The notes beneath the pieces were generated by a model. It had not been told where the DNA came from and made no database searches. It saw only the letters and a list, made by a program, of their open reading frames with translations. A DNA stretch of 32,000 bases from Microcystis aeruginosa NIES-843 (GTDB taxonomy: Bacteria; Cyanobacteriota; Cyanobacteriia; Cyanobacteriales; Microcystaceae): positions 600,001 through 632,000 of the forward strand of contig NC_010296.1 in assembly GCF_000010625.1 (NCBI RefSeq), written 5' to 3'. Numbering within the stretch: position 1 is the stretch's first letter; each line of letters begins with the position of its first letter. Shown piece by piece: positions 24,237 through 32,000 of the stretch. Both the position numbers and the translations under genes were made by a program.

Positions 24237-26900
24237 CTACTTTTGACCGGCTTTAATCTGGTTCCAAACATCCTCTAAACTTAGATATAACACAGGCACA
24301 ACAATTAAACTCAACAGGGAAGAAGTGACTAAACCTCCCACAATCACCATCGCCATGGGTTGCCGCAATTCCGCACCAGTACCCAATCCCAAAGCGATCG
24401 GAATCATGCCTAAAATTGTCGAACAAGTGGTCATTAAAATCGGTCTTAACCTAATCATTCCCGTTTCTAAAACCGCTTCCTCCCGACTCCAACCCTGTTG
24501 ACGCAATTGGTTAGTATAATCCAGCAATAACACAGCGTTTTTATCCAGTAATCCCAAGAGGAAGATAAACCCGATCAGAGAAATCATACTAAACTCACTA
24601 CCCGTTACCAATAACCCTAACATTGCCCCCACAATCGCTAAAGGTAAACATAAAGCGATGACGATAGTTTCTAACAGTCTTCTGAATAATAACCATAAAA
24701 CTCCTAACATTAAAATTGTCGCTAGGATTAAAGTACGACCAAAACTGCCCAAAACATCGCTACTTTGAGAAGAAGTACCCCAACGCTGTAAAGTTATCCC
24801 TTCCGGTAAAGGAATCCCTTCAATTTTAATCGCCGCATCTTCTAAGCCTAAATCCGGACTGAGATTAGCACTGAGAAAAATCGCCTGTTGACCATTTAAA
24901 CGCTCGATCGCCAAAAAATCCCCCCGCTCATTTAATCTAGATGATAGGGAAATATCCTTTAAACCGGCGATTTTAGCGGCCTCAACCCGCAATTTCTCGG
25001 CACTATCGCGCAATAGCTTGAAATCATCGCTTTTAATCGCAATTTGGATCGGCTTTTCCGCTTCCGTCTGCACAAAAGGAATGTCCTCGACACTGACATT
25101 CACCCCTCTAATTGTCGGTAAAATTTGCCGAATCCGTTGCTGCACCGCACTGGTGTGAGATCTACGATCGCTCTTCAGTTTAACGTGAATTTTGCCCCGA
25201 TTCGGCTCACCGCGTAAACCGGCGATCATAAAAGTCGATTCCACTTCCCCATCCTGCAAAATCGGCGCTTCTAATTTGCTGCCATCGCGGATAGTGCGAC
25301 GCAGGAGAAAACTTTCGGGAGAACTAGCTAACTGGGAAATCCAAGCGAAACTATCAGTAGAACTCTTAGCGGTCGGTTTATTAGGGCTAATTTGCGTTAT
25401 TTTCGGCAAAGGAGAAGTATAAACCAGATTAAACTCGCCGCGATCGAGTCGGGGAATAAATCCCCTAGAAATAAAAGGAATCAAGGCAATACCCGCAAAA
25501 AAGGTAATTAGGGCAATAGCAATGACCAGCAAACGATGACGCAATGACCAGTTTAAGAGCCGTCGATAGGCGTTTTCAATCGGTCGCTTTTGTTTCGTCA
25601 TTTTTGCCCGTGACTGCGGTTTCAGCCAATATACTGCCAAAACTGGCGATAAAGTTCTGGCGATCAACAGAGAAAAAATCACCGCAGCCGAGACAGTTAA
25701 ACCGAAGGGTTGGAAAAACTGCCCCACCGCACCCCCCATAAAAGCCACGGGTATAAACACGGCAACAATGGTTAAAGTGGAAGCAGTGACAGCTAATCCG
25801 ATCTCCCTTGTCCCCTTGAGTGCCGCATTTTTCGGGGTTTCCCCCGCGTCGATTAAACGGGAAATATTCTCCACATCAACGATCGCATCATCCACGACAA
25901 TGCCGATTACCAAAGCGAGAGCCAGCAGCGTCAGGGTTTCCAGATTAAACCCATAGATGGCCATGATAATGAAAGTCCCCAAAAGAGATAGGGGGATAAC
26001 CAGAGCAGAAATGATTGTAGCAGCGAAACTGCCTAAAAATATCAAGATCACCAGCACCGACAGCAAAACTGCCAAAAGTAAATCATCGATCGTGCCTTGT
26101 AGGGCAGCGCGAATATATTCCGCTTGAGTTTCAGCTAAAATTATCTTGACATCGGGCAGTTTTTGTGCTATGTCTTTAACCAGTTTTTCTGCGACCGCGG
26201 CCAGATCGAGACTATTGGCAGCACCTTGTTTGATTACCTGCACAGCGATCGCTTCTTGACCGTTAAAGCGCACCAGCGTGGGCAATGGTCGGGTTAAGCT
26301 TTTATGGGGATTATCTTCTCTAACTGTACCCTGACCGAGTAAATTAACTTTAGCCGTACCAGGAAGAGCTTTTAAGGGCGGAATTAAATTATCTTGGGCG
26401 ATTTGGCTTAATTCTTCTAGGGTTTTCTGCTCACTCACCAGCGCATAGGTGACTGTTGCCGACTCATTTAAATCAACGGGGATAACTTCTGTGGTAGCTT
26501 GAGGGGGTAAAGGGATTTGCGAGATAGCCTGTTTAACTGCTGCGGTGGCTTTGTCTAAATTTGTGCCAATTTTAAAGAAAACGCTGATTACTGACTGTCC
26601 GGGGGCAGTAGTCGAGGACACATCCCGACAACCGGGGAGAGAGAAAAGGGGATTTTCTAGGGGTTTAGTTAATTGCTTTTCCGTGGTGATAGCAGTAGCT
26701 AAATCCGCTTGAGCGTTAATTATTACGACTGGAAAGCTTATATCGGGGAAAAGAGCGTATTTTAGGGAACTAAAAGCCAAAATTCCCGCCATGGCCACCG
26801 CTAACCAGAAAGCAATGGTTAACCTCGGGGCATTAATCGCTATTCGAGAGATATTCAGACGTTCTCGCCATGATTCTTTCATCTTTTGATCATCTCTCAT
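24237..26900 (-). CDS. RND-superfamily efflux permease (AcrB-like, short 887-aa form)
   Basis: 12-TM RND topology with two periplasmic loops. VDDAIVDVENI and the C-terminal IPIALGLGTGAELRQPMAMVIVGGLVTSSLLSLIVVP are typical of AcrB/HAE-type pumps. Confidence 0.8.
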   Translation of the reverse strand: MRDDQKMKESWRERLNISRIAINAPRLTIAFWLAVAMAGILAFSSLKYALFPDISFPVVIINAQADLATAITTEKQLTKPLENPLFSLPGCRDVSSTTAPGQSVISVFFKIGTNLDKATAAVKQAISQIPLPPQATTEVIPVDLNESATVTYALVSEQKTLEELSQIAQDNLIPPLKALPGTAKVNLLGQGTVREDNPHKSLTRPLPTLVRFNGQEAIAVQVIKQGAANSLDLAAVAEKLVKDIAQKLPDVKIILAETQAEYIRAALQGTIDDLLLAVLLSVLVILIFLGSFAATIISALVIPLSLLGTFIIMAIYGFNLETLTLLALALVIGIVVDDAIVDVENISRLIDAGETPKNAALKGTREIGLAVTASTLTIVAVFIPVAFMGGAVGQFFQPFGLTVSAAVIFSLLIARTLSPVLAVYWLKPQSRAKMTKQKRPIENAYRRLLNWSLRHRLLVIAIALITFFAGIALIPFISRGFIPRLDRGEFNLVYTSPLPKITQISPNKPTAKSSTDSFAWISQLASSPESFLLRRTIRDGSKLEAPILQDGEVESTFMIAGLRGEPNRGKIHVKLKSDRRSHTSAVQQRIRQILPTIRGVNVSVEDIPFVQTEAEKPIQIAIKSDDFKLLRDSAEKLRVEAAKIAGLKDISLSSRLNERGDFLAIERLNGQQAIFLSANLSPDLGLEDAAIKIEGIPLPEGITLQRWGTSSQSSDVLGSFGRTLILATILMLGVLWLLFRRLLETIVIALCLPLAIVGAMLGLLVTGSEFSMISLIGFIFLLGLLDKNAVLLLDYTNQLRQQGWSREEAVLETGMIRLRPILMTTCSTILGMIPIALGLGTGAELRQPMAMVIVGGLVTSSLLSLIVVPVLYLSLEDVWNQIKAGQK

Positions 26901-26902
26901 AA

Positions 26903-27023
26903 GTGGGGTGTGGGGAGTGGGAAGTGGGGAGTGGGGTGTAGGGTGTGGGGTGATGGGGAAGTGGGGAGATGGGGTGTAGGGTGTGGGGTGTAGGGTTTTA
27001 GGGTTTTAGGGTTTTAGGGTTTT
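26903..27023 (+). repeat. G-rich degenerate heptamer array (GGGGTGT/GGGGAGT variants) ending in (AGGGTTTT)x4
   Basis: It abuts the RND start codon. Exact 8-mer units lie at 26992, 27000, 27008 and 27016. Confidence 0.9.
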
Positions 27024-27082
27024 AGTGGAAATTACTCTATCTCCCCATTACCCTATTCCCCCATTTTCCTATCCCCTTCTCA

Positions 27083-27124
27083 CTGATAACTGATAACTGA
27101 TAACTGATAACTGATAACTGACTC
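27083..27124 (+). repeat. Tandem heptamer (CTGATAA)x5 plus one CTGACTC unit
   Basis: Exact units from 27083 to 27117, then the variant at 27118-27124. Confidence 0.9.
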
Positions 27125-27603
27125 CTAACCCCATGGTAGATGTTGGATTTTTGCAGGAGTTCTATTTTCTGACAAAGATAAGCAAAAATTATTTATTGAC
27201 TGCAAAAACTTGAGAATATTTAAATTAACATTCCGCAATATTTATAAATTCTTAAGAATTAATTGAGAAAGATTTTTATTTAACAACGATGTTATCATAG
27301 TTACAGCGATTTTACTGAATTTCATAATGGGTTATTCTGTGCTTTTTTGACCAGCAATGGTTGAAACCCTTGCCACACCTAGAAGGGTATCCTAATTGAA
27401 GCGGGTAAATCAGTCAATTTCACCCCTAACGATGATCTTTTTTTTGTGTAGTTTTATTGCAAAAAAAAAGTTTTTTTGACAAAAAGCACAAAGTATGATA
27501 AGCCCAACCTATTTCTGGCTGCGAGTAATTATTGCAGAGTGGGGGAGTGGGGAAGTGGGGAGAATAAATAAAAGCAATCTCCTGTCTCGGAGTCTCCTGA
27601 CTT

Positions 27604-27655
27604 GAAAGAGGGTGTGGGGTGTGGGGTGTGGGGTGTGGGGAAGAAAACCTCTTTC
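27604..27655. repeat. 8-bp stem (GAAAGAGG / CCTCTTTC) enclosing (GTGTGGG)x4
   Basis: The arms are 27604-27611 and 27648-27655, and the heptamers span 27612-27639. It lies about 50 nt downstream of the trpD stop. Confidence 0.8.
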
Positions 27656-27705
27656 ATCTGTGGGGGTGAAAATTTTTTCATCGAGACTGACTCCTGTGAA
27701 TTGTC

Positions 27706-28743
27706 CTAGGCGGCGAGAAACTTAACCAACTCCTCTAATTTTTGCCAAGCTAACCCACTGGCTAAAATGTCGCGAGCGAGGGCGAAACCGGCAGCATGGT
27801 CGCCAAAAGTGACCTTTTCTGCCACCTGTAGGGCAAGAGAGGCATTAATCGCCACAGCATCCCGTTGAGCCGGTGTTCCCCCCCCTTGCAGGACATTTTT
27901 GAGGATTTCGGCATTTTCTGGTACTTCCCCGCCTTTAAGGGCATTTAAACTGGCTCTGGGGATAGCAATTGACAAGGGATCGATCGCCGCAGAAATCACC
28001 TCGCCATTATTTAATAAAGCCATATCGGTCAGATCTCCTAACCCCACCTCGTCGAGTTTTTCCCGGCCGTGAACAATAATCGCCTTTGGGGTTCCCATTT
28101 GTGCTAAAGCCGTGGCCATGGGGGTGAGAAATTGCCGGTCATAAACCCCGATAACTTGACCTGTGGGACGGAGAGGATTAACTAGAGGACCCAGAAGATT
28201 AAAAACCGTGCGAACTTTCAGGGTTTTGCGGAGATTAGCCACACTTTTCAGGGCTGGATGCCAACCGGGGGCAAAAAGAAAGGTCACTCCCACCCCATCT
28301 AAAGCCGCTGCTACTTTCTCGCTAGGGGCGCTCAAATTAACCCCAAGATATTCTAAAACATCGGCCGAACCGACCTTGCTGGAAGCCGAGCGATTGCCGT
28401 GTTTAGCCACTTTGACACCCCCGGCGGCCGCCACAAAAGCCACAGCAGTGGAAATATTAAAAGTTGCGGCCCCGTCACCGCCGGTGCCACAGGTATCGAT
28501 AACGGGAGTGGTATGGGGTTTAGGGTCTTCTAAGCGAGATTGTTGCCGTAAAACTCCGGCCATTCCCGCTAATTCCGCGGCCGAGACTCCTTTTGCTTGC
28601 AAAGCCGCTAAAATCGCCCCCGATAAAACTTCTGGAATCTGGCCGTTTAACCATCCGGTCATTAATTCTTCAGCTTGGTTAAGGGAAAGGGATTTTCGAT
28701 CGAGTAGTTGCTGCAGTAGGTTTGGCCAGTCTGGAGTGGTCAT
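27706..28743 (-). CDS. trpD: Anthranilate phosphoribosyltransferase
   Basis: [36 protein letters not shown] and [11 protein letters not shown]. Confidence 0.95.
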   Translation of the reverse strand: MTTPDWPNLLQQLLDRKSLSLNQAEELMTGWLNGQIPEVLSGAILAALQAKGVSAAELAGMAGVLRQQSRLEDPKPHTTPVIDTCGTGGDGAATFNISTAVAFVAAAGGVKVAKHGNRSASSKVGSADVLEYLGVNLSAPSEKVAAALDGVGVTFLFAPGWHPALKSVANLRKTLKVRTVFNLLGPLVNPLRPTGQVIGVYDRQFLTPMATALAQMGTPKAIIVHGREKLDEVGLGDLTDMALLNNGEVISAAIDPLSIAIPRASLNALKGGEVPENAEILKNVLQGGGTPAQRDAVAINASLALQVAEKVTFGDHAAGFALARDILASGLAWQKLEELVKFLAA

Positions 28744-28822
28744 CGCTGTTCCATTGGTGTCGGGATGGGGCGATATACTATCATAGCGGTTTGTCGGGAG
28801 AATCGATCGCTCCTAGTAATTT

Positions 28823-29350
28823 TTACTTTAAATCGAGCAAACCCTGTTCTTTTAACTTGGGATTAAAACGAATTTCCATCTGTACTCCCCGTTTTTCTAG
28901 GGTTGATAAAATATCGTTTTCTACTCGTCTGGATAACTGTTTTAATAACTTGATTTGCCCCAATTCGTCAGCACTTTGATAAAATTCTTTTTCTGTCTCA
29001 GTCATGGCTAATTTAGCATCAATTGGTTCTGTCCAGAGTTTTTCATTGTCGATTACTGCCTGACTTTCTCTTAGCCAAGCTTGTTTAATCGATTCGAGAA
29101 TAGTCCGATTAGGACGATCAATCAACTGTATTTTTAGCCAATAACAAGCTTGAGGCTGTCGGGCAAGATGTTGTTTTAAACTGAGATAAATATCACGAGA
29201 ATAGCCGACAAACTCCAAGACTTGTTCTCGATCAAAAATGGCATAAACCCCGATTTTTCCCTGGAAATCAGCAGAGATATTACCCGTGGCATCTAGGTAG
29301 GGAATATATTCTAATTGTTGGAGATTAGCCAAAGTATCAGACTCATTCAT
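28823..29350 (-). CDS. GIY-YIG-like domain protein conserved in cyanobacteria
   Basis: GVYAIFDREQVLEFVGYSRDIYLSLKQHL resembles the GIY...YVG/YIG motif pair. The rest of the protein is uncharacterised. Confidence 0.45.
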   Translation of the reverse strand: MNESDTLANLQQLEYIPYLDATGNISADFQGKIGVYAIFDREQVLEFVGYSRDIYLSLKQHLARQPQACYWLKIQLIDRPNRTILESIKQAWLRESQAVIDNEKLWTEPIDAKLAMTETEKEFYQSADELGQIKLLKQLSRRVENDILSTLEKRGVQMEIRFNPKLKEQGLLDLK

Positions 29351-29559
29351 AATTAATCGTCGCTCATTGGTTGGAGATAGCTAAATTATACCTAATTTTA
29401 ACTGTTTAATCTTGAATTTTAAGGATTTTTTTGTCCATTGGGTAAACTAGATACCCTCAAGAGAGCACGGGAGCAAGTCAAAGCTGAAGAACAAATAAAC
29501 TACTTGACAAAAGCATCAATTGGGTATGGGATAGAGAAAAGAGTAGGGAAAAGACAAAA

Positions 29560-30552
29560 ATGACTCCAGAGCAACAACAAGAACTTAACCAACATATTCA
29601 AGCGATAGCCAAGATTCTTCATCAGGAAGCTGAGGCTGAAAAAATTCAAACTTTAGAGGGAATAGAGACGACAATAAGAGAACAGACCTGAAAATATATA
29701 ACTCCGAAACTAGGATTTTTTTTGGTCACAAAAACGACAGGAACTCAAGCCGGGAGACCGAGAAAAATAAAAAGCATCATCGGAGAATTATGCCTGACAG
29801 AAAAACAAGCAATCCGTTTAAATATTCCTCGTAATAACCAAATTAGTCCTTACTTAGAACGCTGTTGTTTAAGAGCTAGTGCCAATGTTTCTTATGAAAA
29901 TGCCGCCAGAGATATTCAATTTTATATAGGGATGAAGGTCTCGGCTAGGACTCAACAACGATTAGTCCATCGCCACCAATTTGCCGAAGAAGAATCAGGA
30001 AACCCCGTTCAAGAAATTAGTCTAGATGGAGGAAAAGTGCGCTTAAGAACCGAAACTAAGGGAGAGGCTTGTATCTGGAAAGATTATCAAGCAATCTGTG
30101 TTGATACTTTCCTAAGAAAAGCTTGGTTTGGAGAGAATGAATCGTTAATATATTGGGTTAATCAACAACCTTTATCTGACCCCCTTACCTGTTTGGGAGA
30201 CGGACATCCCGGTATTGGGAAAATTGTGAAAAACTGGGATTGTCCAGGAGAAAAAAGAGAAATACTTGACTGGTTTCATTTGGTAGAAAATCTTCATAAA
30301 GTCGGCGGTTCAGTGAAGAGATTGAAAAAAGCAGAAAGTTTATTATGGCAGGGCAAAATTGAGGAAACAATAGCATTAATCTCTCCTTTAAAAAACGAAC
30401 GAGCTGAAAATTTCTGTCGTTATTTAGAGATTCATCGTCATCGAATTGTTAATTATAATTACTATCAACAAGAAGAGATGGTTCTTCGTTACTTGGTATC
30501 CCACATTCCGCACCCTCAACTGTCACATAATACCAAATTTCTAAATCCATGA
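29560..30552 (+). pseudogene. ISKra4-like transposase gene with an in-frame TGA (29689-29691), 3'-truncated by another IS
   Basis: A 43-codon ORF (MTPEQQQELNQHIQAIAKIL...) and ORF 29722-30552 share one frame and are separated by a single TGA. LGDGHPGI and ILDWFHLVENLHKVGG are ISKra4-type motifs (recollection). Family-like sequence stops after YYQQEE (about 30477). Confidence 0.55.
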
Positions 30553-32000
30553 CAGACATCCACGCTCGAATGCTTGCCAAGCCGGTGTTCGTTGTGACGC
30601 GAATAAAGAAAAATGGTGTAAGCTGTCCCCCTCCAGAGACTTGAGTAAAAATACCTAGCTGGTGAAGGTTTTCTCGGTGGCCGCTAGGGGGGTCTTGAGA
30701 CCCCTAATTATGAAAAAATAGGAATTGTTGGAAAACTGAGGCGAGTGGACTGTTCGACCATGAATCAATCAACAGAAATTGAAGTCAAAAATCTAGACCA
30801 TCTGGGATTAGTAGCCGGAATTATCGATGAAATAGGAATCGTTGAAATTATCAACGAACAAGTCTCAATTGAGCGAGGAGAAATTGTCACAGCGGGGCAA
30901 GTAGTGAAAGCAATTATCCTGAATGGATTGGGATTTGTCTCCCGAGCCTTGTATTTATTTCCTCAATTTTTTGAAGATAAAGCAACCGAACATCTGCTGG
31001 GAGAGGGCATCGAACCCAAGCACTTGAATGATGATAAAATTGGTCGAGTAATGGACAAACTTTATCAACTGGATGTTTCGGGTATTTTCCTACTCATCAG
31101 TTTAGCCGCCGTGAAAAAATTTGGTGTAGCAACCGAGAACTCCCATTTAGATTCGACTTCTCTATCAGTAGAAGGAGAATATAAAAAGGAATACCCAACA
31201 GTAGAAATCCTGAAATCAGGAGCAGTGGGAGAAGAAATTGAAACCAGACAACAGCCAATAAAAATTACCTACGGATACTCCCGCGACCGAAGACCTGACT
31301 TAAAACAATTTATGATTGACTTAATCGTAAGTGGGGATGGAGATGTACCTTTATTCCTGAAAGTAGGGGACGGAAATGAAGCGGACAAAGCGGTTTTTGG
31401 TCAAATCGCCCGAGAATTTAAAAAACAAGTTGACTTTGACAGTTTAATAGTCGGCGATAGCGCCCTCTATAGCAAAGAGAATTTAAAACTAATGAAAGAA
31501 ATGCGTTGGTTGTCTCGAGTACCATTAAGCATTAAAGAGGCTCAAGAGTTGGTTGATAGCATCTCAGAAAAAGAGTTAACCGATTCAGAAATACCGGGTT
31601 ATTCCTGGCGGGAAACCATCTCTAACTATGGGGGGATAGAACAAAGATGGTTGCTAGTTGAAAGTCAAGCTAGACAAGAATCAGACTTGAAAAAATTAGA
31701 GAAAAAAATCGAGCAGGAAAAGAATTCTGCCCAAGAAAAAATCCGGCAACTATCCCGAAGAGAATTTGAGAATAGAGCGGTGGCGTTGGCGATAGCCAAA
31801 GGATTATCTGACTCCTTAAAATCTCATCAGTTAACGGAGATTAAAGTCAATCTCATTCCGCCTGAGTCCCAGGGGTCAAAACTCAAATCAAAAGACGATT
31901 TACCCTCTCAAAGCTATCAAGTTCAAGCCGAATTAGAGTTGAATTTGACCGCCATTGAGAGGCTAAAGAAACGAGCAGGACGATTCGTTTTAGCAACTAA
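30478..32000 (+). mobile_element. IS1634/IS4-family insertion sequence (left part; continues beyond the window)
   Basis: It begins about where the ISKra4-like reading frame loses family similarity. It contains the transposase ORF starting at 30760. The exact left terminus is not determined. Confidence 0.55.
30760..32000 (+). CDS. IS1634-family (IS4-like DDE) transposase, N-terminal 413 codons (open to the window end; not in the ORF track)
   Basis: Hand translation from the ATG at 30760 gives no stop codon. It shows a DUF4277-like N-terminus (LDHLGLVAGIIDEIGIVEIIN) and the hallmark ITYGYSRDRRPDLKQF. Confidence 0.8.
   Translation, partial: MNQSTEIEVKNLDHLGLVAGIIDEIGIVEIINEQVSIERGEIVTAGQVVKAIILNGLGFVSRALYLFPQFFEDKATEHLLGEGIEPKHLNDDKIGRVMDKLYQLDVSGIFLLISLAAVKKFGVATENSHLDSTSLSVEGEYKKEYPTVEILKSGAVGEEIETRQQPIKITYGYSRDRRPDLKQFMIDLIVSGDGDVPLFLKVGDGNEADKAVFGQIAREFKKQVDFDSLIVGDSALYSKENLKLMKEMRWLSRVPLSIKEAQELVDSISEKELTDSEIPGYSWRETISNYGGIEQRWLLVESQARQESDLKKLEKKIEQEKNSAQEKIRQLSRREFENRAVALAIAKGLSDSLKSHQLTEIKVNLIPPESQGSKLKSKDDLPSQSYQVQAELELNLTAIERLKKRAGRFVLAT

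Noticed and set aside
26903-27124. Repeat arrays as a CRISPR locus or a genuine telomere
   Set aside because: The units are 7-8 bp with no unique spacers and no cas genes. The TTTTAGGG identity to algal telomeres covers only four units inside a bacterial intergenic region.
27476-27499. TTGACA ... TATGAT promoter-like pair in the AT-rich gap
   Set aside because: The spacer is only 12 nt, too short for a sigma70-type promoter. There is also no downstream gene on that strand.
28163-28786. 207-aa ORF antisense to trpD
   Set aside because: It has an Arg/Pro/Ala/Thr-rich low-complexity composition typical of the shadow frame of a GC-rich gene. trpD on the opposite strand has unambiguous family motifs.

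Overview
The window looks like cyanobacterial chromosome, most plausibly a Microcystis-like genome. This rests on HIP1 GCGATCGC sites, cyanobacterial-type sqdX, ycf19/yggT, clpS and gshA genes, low GC, and abundant G-rich heptamer repeats and MITEs. No search was run, so taxon and family names come from motif reading and recollection.

Housekeeping genes (map, usp, pth, fumC, yggT, gshA, ruvX-like, clpS, sqdX-like, a PPTase, phr, an RND pump, trpD) alternate with three accessory patches.

(1) 8.97-12.5 kb is a toxin-antitoxin island. All four antitoxin ORFs are intact, and every toxin is inactivated by a different lesion:
- HigB is cut down by a 187-bp duplicated promoter/antitoxin cassette.
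- A DUF3368 PIN-like gene has an in-frame TAA.
- A PIN/VapC-like gene is split by a 353-bp non-coding, hairpin-rich insertion.
- The fourth toxin is missing.

(2) 18.5-22.4 kb carries a tightly coupled pair followed by two tandem Uma2 (PD-(D/E)xK) nuclease paralogs. The pair is a ParA ATPase with an N-terminal restriction-endonuclease-like (HSDR_N-type) domain and a degenerate ParB-like/HhH protein. The Uma2 copies are near-identical apart from a ~100-bp replaced patch. This is my best candidate for an undescribed multi-gene system.

(3) 29.5-32 kb holds nested IS debris: an ISKra4-like transposase with an in-frame TGA, truncated by an IS1634/IS4-type element that runs off the window.

Two MITEs have clear termini (one with an 8-bp TSD, one with an empty paralogous site). 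There are also several G-quadruplex-capable repeat arrays. No rRNA, tRNA or CRISPR array was found.
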